Both the position numbers and the translations under genes were made by a program. Source: Perkinsus olseni (taxonomy: Eukaryota). From it: 32,742 bases of DNA. The DNA is taken from positions 1 through 32,742 of the forward strand of contig JABANN010000399.1 of NCBI GenBank assembly GCA_013115125.1, given 5' to 3'. Below are positions 21,301 to 32,742 of this stretch, piece after piece. The first letter of the stretch is position 1. Every line of letters starts with the position of its first letter. Below the pieces are notes generated by a model. That model saw only the letters and a list, made by a program, of their open reading frames with translations, had not been told where the DNA came from and did no database searches.

Positions 21301-24300
21301 CTCCCGGGGATATCCAGCTGCTGGATCTTCGTGAAAAGGTCATTCAGGGCTTGATTGGAGTGGGCGATCTGTATTCACAAGAGGGACGCACTAACATCTC
21401 CTTCATCGTCATCTCCACTCACTAGTAGTGTTTTCTGATTGGGGTTGTTGTGATACAACAGATTCACTATCTGTACAGCGACATCAGTTTTACCAGTACC
21501 TGATTATGATCTACCATTCTCGACCAACATTCGGGGATACTCGAGCAGTTGACTAGGTGGAGTTGGTCTTCTTACCAGGAGGTCCCACGACCATCGTTAG
21601 GCCAATAGATACTCCACTGCGTATAGCTTCCACTTGGGTCTTAGTGAAAGGTACCGCGTTCTTCTTCGGTTGATGTTGAGGGAAGGGGCTGCGGATCTCA
21701 GGCGTTACGCTCTTCGCCTTCACAGACTCGATGCTAGTGCCATCCTTCTTCTCCTCTGGTGCGAAGAACACTTGGTACCTGTTAGTACATACTACCACCT
21801 AAGAAGCGAGTCGCATTATGTCTTACGGTGGCTGATCAGCTTCAGTCATATCACAATTGGGATATACTTGCAGGAGGTGTTCTTTAGTGACGAAGGTATC
21901 ACGGAAGTCAATGGCTGAACAAAACGATACACCAGTGACTTCACCCCTCTCTGGTGTTGCTTACTTGACCGAGAGGGATTGAGCTGACGGTAATTCGCGC
22001 TAGAAGGGTCACCATAACCAAGGAAGAGATCGTGTAACCAATCAGGGATGACCTGCACGGATAAACAGACGCATGTGATACTAGGAGACCGGCCGAGTAG
22101 CGTACAGTATCGGGGCTGCTCATGAGGCCTCTAATGGTGGCAAGAACTGAGCGGAAGTTATTCTCCTTAGCCTTCCTTCTGACTAGCACGTTGAACTGGG
22201 AGTATATCTCAGCCTCCATGTTGTTCAGGTCCGCTGCGTACTGTGCACAGTCAAGATGCACCTGGTGACGAGAAAACAGTGACCTAAACTATTCGAAAAA
22301 ACTGCACTGCCAGTGCCGACCTTAAGGGTCCTCAGGTCTCCCACAGGCTCTTTCTTATTGTACTCGGAGAGGATATTCCCCTCCTCATCTAGAAGCTCGA
22401 TGACAACAGCACCCCGAACCTGAGCCAAAGGAGTCATTGACGTGGCGACAATTGCTGTCACCGATCTAACACATTACCTTCTTTATACCGTAATACTCCG
22501 GGAACTCGGATATGGTAAGCTCACGGAGGCTCTTTGGTTTGAAGCCCTTACCTCGGGTTGGAGGATCGATCTGCGACGATTTGTGGAAAGGCCCCATCGC
22601 ACTAGTGATAGACCTACCGCCAGCATGAATACACAGTCATGTTCTCGAAGCTCATCCCACTCTCGCTTCACATGGGGCAGAACGTTACGCAGAGAGTATC
22701 TTCAACAGATGATGGATGGGAGTCTTGATGACAGCAGTTGTTAGCGATTACGTTATCTCTGCTCGGACTTCACTAGGGATATCTTCTCCTACTTTAGGGC
22801 TCCTCACATTGACTATCGTTATACCCTTCAACTCGACTGCCATACGTGACTGGCCCATAATACGTGGAGGGCCATCAGCAGTCTGTCGTGCCATGTTGAG
22901 CCTTGGAATCTATGAGAAAAAGCGTAATCATAGTATATTGGCGAATACTCTTATCACATACCACATCCTCGAAGTCTCCACGTATCTCATAGGTAGACTC
23001 TAGACGATAGAGTTTGAAGTTACGCAGGAGGTAGTCAGATATAGTGAGGAATTGCAGATTGAGTTTGGGAAGGGCCAGTGAATATTCCCCAGAGTAATGC
23101 TCCGACGGTACCTACATAGCGGTGATAGTGCTTGGTACCCTAGCAGCATAGGGATGGATGCTTACCAGATTAGGGTCCCATAGGACCTTCTCGTCTGGGA
23201 ATAGTGGCAAGCGATTAATGTACTCCAACTGGCTACGCCTCCCCGCCAGATCATGAACCAAGGCGTCCACGCACAACTTGCGGAGCCTAGACATGCTGCC
23301 ACGGCTCTCTGAAAGGTAGACGAGGGGTGCTCCATGGCTTCACTAACTCCACTCGACTTACTTTTCTTCGTACCGCTAGGCGCGTCCTCGTTTGAATCCT
23401 GCGGATCGAGCGCGTGGGAGTATTCGAGAAGCTTGCTCCTAAGGATTGAAACCCAGGATGAGAGTAGGTGTGCAGAACACGTTGATGTAGCCTGTAGCAT
23501 GAGCAGGCCATCGCCTACCTATCAACTCTACATGCCGCAGCACAAAGATCCACCAGATCATCATCACTGATCCGAGACAATGCTGCAGTTATCTTGCCCT
23601 CGGTATCTACGACGAAAACGATGATGACGAGGTCGCTACCGCGGTGTAGAGCAAGCGCCTTAGGATTACCAAGGTTTCGTGCTGCCAGGAGACCGAGGCC
23701 TCTAACAGGCTCCTTGTCCTCAGGCACATCGAAGCATACTTGGCGGAAGTGGTCATGAGTGAAGTAAAGGCGCTGTTCCACCTGAGATGTAGATACTTAG
23801 ACCATGTACCGCACACCGCAGGCTACATGTGTCTTATCGAGGTGTTCAGCAGTGTAATCGTTAACCTCAAAGTTCTCATAGAAGTCTAGTATATCTACAA
23901 GCTGCAGAAACAACTTGAGGGAGTCTGGATTGGATCTGAGGATGGTACTGAGACTGACGACTGGGTGGCTCTGCGAGTGATTGGGTGTTCGAGAGTGACG
24001 ATGAAGCCAATAATACCTGACTATGTCATAGGCTTTAGCTCTATCCAAGAACATCCTGTCATGCAAAAGAGGGCGAGTGAAACGCCTCGTTGGTAGCTGA
24101 CTCTCCAGGTCTATCAAGAACTCAATGAAACGTTCCATGTACCTAGACTCACGAAGATACACATTTACCTCAGCATCTACTAGGCTCGACGCGCAGCGGC
24201 AAGACCCTACGTTATTCCAGCCTTAGTCAGCTCTGTAAGGCCTTCCATCCAATCAAAGAAGTTGTCTATCAGATCAGGTATGAAATGAATCTCGAGATAC

Positions 24301-25509
24301 TTCCTGGAACCTGCACGGAGACGGGATGCTAAGATATTCCGATAAGCCTGGTGGATATCGCGTGATGGGAGAAGACTCTTCTCAGAAGAGATGTTGCAAT
24401 TATGGTACTCACCAGGCTCGGCGTCCGAATATTTCTTCTTCATGGACTTGAACCGTTTCTGTACTCTTGTTTGGGCTTCACGCAAGGCGAACTCTCGATC
24501 TGCATACGGATACGATAAGGAGGAGCTTGGACGGGTGTAGCCCCGGTGGTACATGAATCACTGAGTGTCATCCAACACGGTAGTCCTACTAGTCGGAGGC
24601 ATGATTGGCACACAGCATCTACCTCCAACGATAGGAAGGCGTTATCTGAACATCACAATGCTCGAGGATCAACTTCCCAAAAAATGCAGGAGCCGCCGGA
24701 GGTTACTACCCAAGAACTGGATCCACATGGCCTTCTCTCGCACCTCAAGGTCCGTTAGTTTAAAGACTCGTTGGAAGAAAGCGTCTATCTTCTCTGAATC
24801 ATCGGTGCTTGCCGTGAGTGAATCCCAAGGCTGACATAGTTCAAGGTACAGTGGCGGACTATCGCCGGCAGCAGAGTGTACGGTTACTTGAAAAGTGCAG
24901 GTCCTGAACTTTTCGTTCATCATTAGAATCACCGAGAACACATGCGAGTCCTGAGGACAACAGTTGGAAGGAGCATCTTCAACTTTCACGTATAACTTCG
25001 TCGTTACCGTTGCCTTATCCGAGTCAAAAAGAGGCCAGAGGTACTTCTCAAGGTATCCCGAGTATTCCAGTATGCTCATCTTCTTCGTATCATATTCCAC
25101 CTCCTTCAACTTGGTCGCTACATCCTCGATGAATGAGGCATCCACTTTCTTAGGGGTTCCTTTAGCCCACTTCTCGGCGAACCTACAGGAAGGAGTTTAT
25201 TCCGTTTGCGAGGGCGATAAGTAGACATCTGAGCTGGAAGGCAGTGTTACTTAGCGAAGGGGTCCTTCTCCAGATCCTTCGTCGTGAGGGCAACAGTAGC
25301 CCTACCCTGTTTTTGTACTGACGACTGCTGACCTGCCATTGTGAGATGGCATACGCACGGGTCGCGCGTTGCTACACAGTACCTCCCTTGCTCTTGCCAC
25401 TGCTTCCTCTCCCCTTACCACTATTGCCACTTCTCTGCGCCCCCTTCCTTTTGGCTGGAGGGGTCTGCCTTGTCGATGATGGCGGCGGTGGTTGTCCGGG
25501 TGGGTTCAT
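18399..25509 (-). CDS. AQR: Intron-binding RNA helicase Aquarius (IBP160), many small introns
   Basis: [131 protein letters not shown]-like C-terminus. Confidence 0.95.
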
Positions 25510-25622
25510 CTTACTAGGCACGCCAAACCACTGGACGATAAAGGCTGGGGTACTCCGATAGAGCCCGAGGGATACTCCAGCAACAGAACAAGGCCACCAA
25601 GGATTAATGAAACAAATTGAAA

Positions 25623-26444
25623 TTAAGAGACACCAAGATTCATCCCACCAAGGGCATCATCCTTCACTTCGTGGTCCTTCACGTTGGCCTGTGACTCGTA
25701 TACGCTAACAACTGCTGATCGCTTCGTACCTGAAGGAACAACATTACTCTCCAGCCATGACCATTTACTGCGTTATTACCGCTAGCTACTCCTTTTATCC
25801 CTATCCAGTGGAGAATAGTCGAGATATCCTCATCATCCTCCGGCCTCTCATTAGCAGCAAAGTGCATAGAGAGAGATGACACATGCGCAAACTTGGCCAC
25901 TTTAACTGGGTACTCTACAGCACCGCAGAAGTCCTCGATAAGGTCTAGCGCCTGAAGGGCAGCACACCATCTCAGGGCAAGCTAACCACCACAACAACTC
26001 ATTCGGATGATTCACCTGAGTCTCCCATCCGCATTCAGTTATGGTCGAGAAATCAGGATTGGGATGATTGGCCAGTAGTCGTAGTTTAGTAGGGCTGTGG
26101 CCATTAGCACCCCCGATGATAAGCAGGGAGGTTATCTTCACAGGGCACTCGAATACCACTTGTATGACTATGTTAGGATCATCTTCCTCACTTCGGCATA
26201 CTTTACTATCGTCCAGTCGTTGGGAGTAGCTACGGAACAACTCAACACAGGTCCCTGCCTCCGCCTCTCCGAACGCTACTGTCTGCTGAAGAGATACGTA
26301 AGGGTTCAACCATGTTATACCTGAGGAAGGCAGGAATATCACAAAGCTTCCATCCATCCATCGACCCCCGGCTGTACCAGGCACATCATTAGCCTCCTCA
26401 TCATTCCGACAGTTACATGCCCCTCCACCGTGGCAGCCAGGCAT
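25623..26444 (-). CDS. PITH domain-containing protein (PITHD1-like), multi-exon
   Basis: SEEDDPNIVIQVVFECPVKITSL, SPTKLRLLAN, PDFST, EYPVKVAKFAHVSSLSMHF, WIGIKG, VYESQANVKDH. Confidence 0.88.
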
Positions 26445-26578
26445 TGGGTCAGGAAAAAGCTAAGATAGAAATACCCAGTGGCCCGAGCCCCTGTATAACG
26501 CAAGATTACTAGACAGTCAGAAACGGGTTATCACAAGGAGGCTGAGGCATGCTAGAATACGTGCCCCTAGCTGACGAG

Positions 26579-29415
26579 TCACGGGTCGGAAGTATCGCTG
26601 CTCCTGCTAGTAGTGGTGGAATCGAGTACTCCAGCAGCGAGAGCCTCTTTTCTTTTCTCTAGTTCAGCCATCTGCTGCAATAACAGCGCTGCATTCTCTT
26701 GCTTCTGTCTTTCTCGCTCCTCGAAAATAGCGTCCGCCACTGACTGCTCCCACACTGCTATTATGGCACTGCCGTTACCACCAGCAGCGACATGAATCGG
26801 TCGCCAGGGGAGTTGCTCTGATGAGGCATTATCGAGTCTAAACCTCATCCCCTCAGGCAATACCTTCCGTCGTAAGTTGGGACCTCTCCAGAATACCAGT
26901 GTGTTCACTAGGCTTCGACTCCTTCTCCAACTCTGGCATGGAGGGTTCCTACAGCACAGGTGTGGTATGCTGTATCATCCGCGGACACACTACTGTAATA
27001 AACATGTGCTTCATATCGGCCATCCATGACTCCAACTTCTGCTGCCATGTTTGAGGCTCAGGTACCGGTATCATATCCTTCTCGTCGAAGGGGATGTAGG
27101 ACGTATCACTCACGTGCTAAGGTAAATGGCCTATGCACTGCAAGTTCAATAGCTTGGTATCACTACCTTGGCTTCTGCCTGAGCCTCCCTACGAGCTGCG
27201 CTATTATTAGTCTCAACATCTCTCCTCAAGGGGCCCCTCTGTCTACTACCAAGCACTGCTGCTGGTGGACAAATGGTCGCTCGATTACCAACACCTCCCT
27301 GATGACAAAACAGGGTCGATTATAATACTCACTACATAGTTATTATCACTACCTGCCCGTGTTGGTTTTTACCCCAAGTATAGACAGTACCATCAACCAG
27401 TCTACATAGACAATGGTGAGACCCGCACCGTACCTCCTCTACTTTAGTAAATCTGAAAGTGATGCGAGCACCTTGCAGTACCCGACCATGGCACGACGAA
27501 GGTCACTTAGGAAGCCTGACGGGGTAGAGGGCCTGCTGATGACGCTGCGTATTCCTTCCACATTCCCCATACAAATTCTCCCCACAGGCGAAGAGTATGT
27601 TGCATTCGACATCCTTGGACCTTCGAGCCTTCTCCTCATCAAGGATGCTCAATCCCTCTTGACTCTCTAAAATGAATCCCTGGTACGGACACTGCGGCAC
27701 TATGACTACTATCCACCTTCCGGAGGACGCTTCGATGCCCAGTCGGGTTCGTCTTCATGGCAGAAAACAGATATCTTATTCCCAAGATGCACCCATAATG
27801 GTGATGTGAAAGGTTTACCACTACGTGGTGGAGGCTGCTGTGTTAGCTTAGGACGCCACTGGCAATGTGGATCATAGTAACTGTACTGTACCTGAGTAGG
27901 GTCGAACCTATGACCCGAGAGTAGCGCTACAGCAACTGCAGGAGCTCTTCCATCTCCTCACTCTAGGGGCATGAGGATTGTTATCTTCCAATCTATGCAT
28001 TTTCTCATCACCCATATTATATATGCTCTGCCAGCCTCTCTTCCCAGGTCCCATCATATCCTGTGGTTTAGACCTACATTACTATGCACAATGACCCATG
28101 CTGAACCATATCACCTAGTATCTCCTAAAGCCAACTGTATCCTACTATCATCACCGAAAGCCCATACCCTCCCATCCTCCCCCAGCACCATCGTATGCCT
28201 CCCACCGCAAGACACCTGGCGTAGGGATATTTAAGGGCTACGAGACACCCAAGGGTTGATGATCACTTGTGAGGCCTTCCCTGGGACACTGAGCAGAGGT
28301 TTAGCAGGATCCTTAAACCATTCTGGAGGCTCCCTGCTCTCCTGGATTGGCATCAGGGTGCCATCCTACAACGGCAGCATGAATCACCGAACGGCTTCCT
28401 GCAGCCAAGCAATGTCGCTAATACCTCCGGGTTCACATTCTTGGCTTTGATCTTCCTCCCGCACTGACCGAAGGTATTATCACCAACCATGTAAGTATGA
28501 CCATAATCATCAATAAAACCTGCATGCCGCCGACCCACCGACATACACCTGATGGCATTACCCCAACCTAGGAGAGAACGAAGGCGGATCCAATTGTACC
28601 GTACGGAGATTATGAATACTCACCCCTGGGAACCCACCACCATTTTATCGTGGGGAGACCTTCAAACTCAGTTGGTTGTATGGAAGCCACTGCTGTCGTC
28701 TCAGAGTCATCTGCCGAATTCAACAAGTCCTCGATAGACCATGTTACCACTCTCCCCCGTGATGTAAGGACTGAGTAGAGGAGTGACTCAACAGGTGCCC
28801 CCCATGGCTTTACCACGTTACCAAAGACTCTATCTTCTGAGATCTGTAAGTCGACTGCCTCATGGCCTTGCAATGACTTTAGTAGTAAAGGCGGAACATA
28901 TCTAGCACGTATCATGGTGATGGAGACGATCCATAAATGAAACGTACGCCCCTTCTGGGATGGGCAGCTCCATCCTCCGCAAACGCCTCTTATCCGCTTC
29001 AGGTAGCTCTGCAACCTTCTTCTGACCCCATACATACACCCTCCCCTTCTCATCTCGAGCTGCACCAAACCGCTTCCCTAATGCTACTTGCTTCCACATA
29101 CAGTCATGGAGGCTGAACCATTCTATAGGAGTTGGCCTAATGTTCACAAGCCATAAAAAACACGGTGGTAGTATGATGGTGTCACCTTGTGAGGTCACTT
29201 CCTGCGCCGTATGGTATGCAGCTCCTATCACCGAACATCCACACTACTTGCCCACGCCCATGGTCCCTCGGCTTTCCATCAATTTGGGGAGCGTCTTTCT
29301 CTTCCGCTAGGGCTAGCTTACTAGTTCTCCCTACCATTACGGCGGCAGCTGCAGCAGCTAGAGGGGCAGCCAGAGGAGCTAGTACTACACGACTCCGGCT
29401 GAAGTGGGCATACAT
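26579..29415 (-). CDS. RCC1/BLIP-II repeat protein, possibly mitochondrial (RCC1L-like), multi-exon
   Basis: QVALGKRFGAARDEKGRVYVWG, SVGRRHAGFIDDYGHTYMVGDNTFGQCG, QVSCGGRHTMVLGEDGRVWAFG, FACGENLYGECG, VAAGGNGSA. The Arg/Ala-rich N-terminus resembles a transit peptide. Confidence 0.82.
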
Positions 29416-29653
29416 GAGAAAAAAAGCAGTAGGTAAGCAAGTAGCTGTGGACCGGTGACTCGTCTATTGGTGAGAGGGGCGGCTTAAAATTTTAAATCTC
29501 TGTATCTATGGGCGTCACTAAACCAAAGCCATGCTGAGTTAGAGAATAATAGTTCACAAAACGTATCATAGTAGAAACATACAGTCAGATGTGGGCGATG
29601 TGGTCTACGTTTAGACAATGAGAATTCCTCATCGATCCGGGAAGCTGCTGCCC

Positions 29654-32235
29654 TCAGTCGGTTGGCCCTGGAATGCACCCAACGGATATTTGAGAGGCCA
29701 TCTTGTACCGCATATCGGGAATAATATCCTGTGATACTTCTGTAATGGACCTAATCATCATGTTCATAGACGAAATAAACGAGCTCGTGCGAACATGCAG
29801 GAATGCATTGTAGGCAGGTAGCAGCACTCAGGCCAGTGGGTAGATGGAAGAGTAGCGAGCCCCTTAGAGTACCTCCCTCCCGAGACTGCTTCTGCAAACA
29901 TGCACATGAATACTCCACAATCATTTGAATTATTTTGACGTGGGACCTGCCATAGAAAGAGCACATATCATATGTGACATACACTGAGGATATGAGCACG
30001 AGTAGCCACGGAGTTTGGTAGGGTGGGCACCTTACAATGCAGGTGGGTGTGATAACTGCGTCACGCCGTTGCCATTCACTAGGCTTCCTTAGTGGGGTAT
30101 GAGAGTTCTTATCCTTATGCTCATCCTCGATGTACCGCGATATGTAACTACGCCATAGCCTTTCCACCACATTAAGTTGCATAACATGGCCTACTCGTAG
30201 AACTTCGGATGCGATGCTCCGAGTGAATCGTAGTAGCTCAATGTACACTCCTTCAAGTCCACTACACCGAGAGCCCAGTGCTGAAGGTGGGATGGATCAA
30301 TAACAAGAGCCGCAACCATATCAGGGGCAGATAAAGCTTACAGTTTTCCCAACATGGATGGGCACTATCATCCTCTCGAAGGAGAAAATATCAGCGTGCC
30401 GTCGCTTGGACCACCTGAAGACGATACCAGCGGGTAGGTAAATGAGCACTTGTTCGGAGCAGTATACCTGGCAACTGACTTGTAGGAGTATGCCCCTGAG
30501 GCATTAGAGCTAAGCTTCTGCCAGAAAAATGAGTTCCAGAGGAATGTCCTCGGAAGCTTTCCTTGACTACGATCACTCCGGTCCTACAAGCGAGTATTAC
30601 TACGTACGAACTCGTCAATGACGAGTCATCACATCCACTACCTGTAGCATCATGAAGTAATAGTTAACCACCTCATCATTGAGCCATCGCCCTTGTTGAA
30701 GGCAGGATAACGAATGTGCTGTTATGTCGATATTGTACTGTTTAGGGGCTAATAGCTCCGACCTGATCGGTAGACCCTGGATAGCTACGGCGAAGTTCGC
30801 ATGTCCTTGTATACATGGTAATCACGCAGCAGAATATCCCTTGCATATCCACACGACGACGATACTATCATCGAGCCCCGTGTGCTACTACCCTGTCCTG
30901 CACAATAGTGCTCTGGCATCCATCCGCTCTTCCTCGGTCAAAAGCATCCATGATGGTCGTCGCGGCGCAGAGTGATCAGCCGACGGCTCGACTGCGACTT
31001 CCGGAGCTAAGGGAGAGCAACGCGATATGGCATTACTAAGAGCATGCCAGCTCGAGCGAGGTGTTCAGTGCACTTTACTACCTCTCTTCTCCTCCTTACT
31101 CCTGAGTGATAATTCCTGAGTCTTCAGCTTATCGTAGTGCTCTTGTAAATCAGTCTTCTTCTTTTCGAACTAACATGCTGATATAGACGAGGACGCATGT
31201 TATCTCTCAAGGCTTACTTCTTCCATTTTGACGATGTATCCCTCAGAGGCAGCTGATTGCTCAGCAGCATGTCTATACTCATCGAGTGTGTACTCTTTAT
31301 TGGGTCTATTCTGCTCAGTAGCAGCACCCTGTCCCAGTGTAGGGATTCCCAGTATAGGAGTATCATCGACCGCCAAGCTCCGATGCCGCCAAGACTGTTT
31401 CTTCGTCATAATCTTCTCAATGCCCCTACTAAACCTCATTATAGGGCTCCTCTCAACTGCCATCACAGGATGGTGCCCGGTCTCGGCGCCACCGTTGAAA
31501 TGTAGAGAGTGGAGGCATGCAGAGGTGAGCATATCATTCCGCATCTGCAGATCATCAACCCGCCGACGCCACTCGGCCTCATCCACTCGGGTGGATGGGC
31601 CTGGCCACAATGCTGAAGCAGGGCCACTTGCCCGACGCCTTATCGATGGCGGCTGGGGTTGATCGGCTGCTGATCGTATGCTTCCTAGAGATAGCCTACT
31701 GCGGACTGCTGCCGAGTCTATGGTGTGAGAGGCAGGTGGTGGTCCGGGGAATGTATCCATGTATAGACCATAACTAGGCAGGCAGGCCTCAATATCCAAC
31801 AACACGGCTCCTGCTGCTGCTGCATTATCGCTGGTAGACCGTCTTGAATAGCCATTCCGAATGACATTCTTGTTATTCAACATAGTATTAGATCGACGAC
31901 TGAAAAGAATAATGGTGAGCTGGTGAGCCGTGGCAAATAAATTACCGGGCCGGTTTAACTAGAGCGGATGGGGACTCCCTCGATGGGCCGCATTGATTAT
32001 GTCCATCACTCTCTGGAGGCAGCGCGGTGTTATGCCTCCGACGGACAGTCGGCCTACTATGCTCCTCTGGGGTATCATCATCTACTCTGGGCCTCTTCCT
32101 GCTGCTCACTAACGATTTGAAGGTGTTGGCAATGAAGGACCCCAGCCGTTGCCACGAGGAACCACCGCGTTTATCGTTTACACCAGCAGATTCTATCTTT
32201 CCGACAGGCTTGGTGGGAGGTAGAGTTGATGACAT
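29654..32235 (-). CDS. Ulp1/SENP-family SUMO protease (peptidase C48), multi-exon
   Basis: LSCLQQGRWLNDEVVNYY, IVPIHVGKTHWALGVVD (catalytic His), PRQNNSNDCGVFMC (catalytic Cys). Long disordered N-terminus with the NLS-like RKRPR. Confidence 0.9.
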
Positions 32236-32742
32236 AGGGCCAACACCAATAACGAAATATATCGAGCATCGTGTCGATCACCATGGCGCACGCTAAGTCG
32301 AAAAGCGTCCATGCGGGTGTAACAGGTTTCGCCAAGTCGGATTCCGCCAAATCGTTGCCAACCGGATTTCCAGGGGCACAAGTATAATTTTTAGGCGGAA
32401 TACGGTGGTAGAGGCCGGAGAAGGCCAACTTGGCGCCCTCTGGATGGGAACAGACATGACAAAATTTTTCTGCGGATTCCTGACTTTGTTGGCGGAGTGG
32501 AATCATTGTCTGAAATCCATGCCCCCGCCGTGTTTCGCCGTTAGAGTTGGGGTCGGCAGATTTGGACATTTTGGCGTTTTCGTGATGAACGCAGGTTCTG
32601 CCAAGTTGGCGAAAGTGGCAGATTACGCCACGGTGTAACTTGCACCACCGTGGAGCCTGCTTCCCAGTTATTCCACGGAGCACTGGCGGATGACAGACCA
32701 ATGCATGTTCATTCCATAGGACAAAACGAGGACCATAGCGGA

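Noticed and set aside
32171-32701. 176-aa minus-strand ORF with a CxxC
   Set aside because: It overlaps the Ulp1 start in another frame, runs through the motif cluster and matches no recognisable family.
1-32742. Prokaryotic systems (CRISPR, operons, defence islands) or an alternative genetic code
   Set aside because: Genes are eukaryotic and spliced; in-frame stops are explained by GT-AG introns; no repeat-spacer array.

Overview
Eukaryotic, intron-rich genomic DNA, most likely from Perkinsus (Perkinsozoa, Alveolata). The main evidence is an exact Perkinsus-type 22-nt spliced leader (ACCGTAGCCATCTTGGCTCAAG) followed by a GT donor, plus many short GT-AG introns. The first ~2.2 kb looks like the edge of a spliced-leader (SL) RNA gene array, with two copies 1939 bp apart. 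The spacer holds two degenerate tRNA-like elements, four co-oriented Pol III B-boxes, a degenerate minisatellite and several hairpins. From 4.1 to 32.2 kb all recognisable genes lie on the minus strand with short intergenic gaps. In transcription order they are: Ulp1/SENP SUMO protease, an RCC1-repeat protein, a PITH-domain protein, the Aquarius helicase, an intronless secreted L-asparaginase with a Cys-rich N-terminal module, an apparent GT4 glycosyltransferase-5'(3')-deoxyribonucleotidase (HAD) fusion, RAD54, an RMD1/DUF155 protein and two intronless unknown ORFs. CDS coordinates are outer gene spans from manual splicing, and some ends are approximate.
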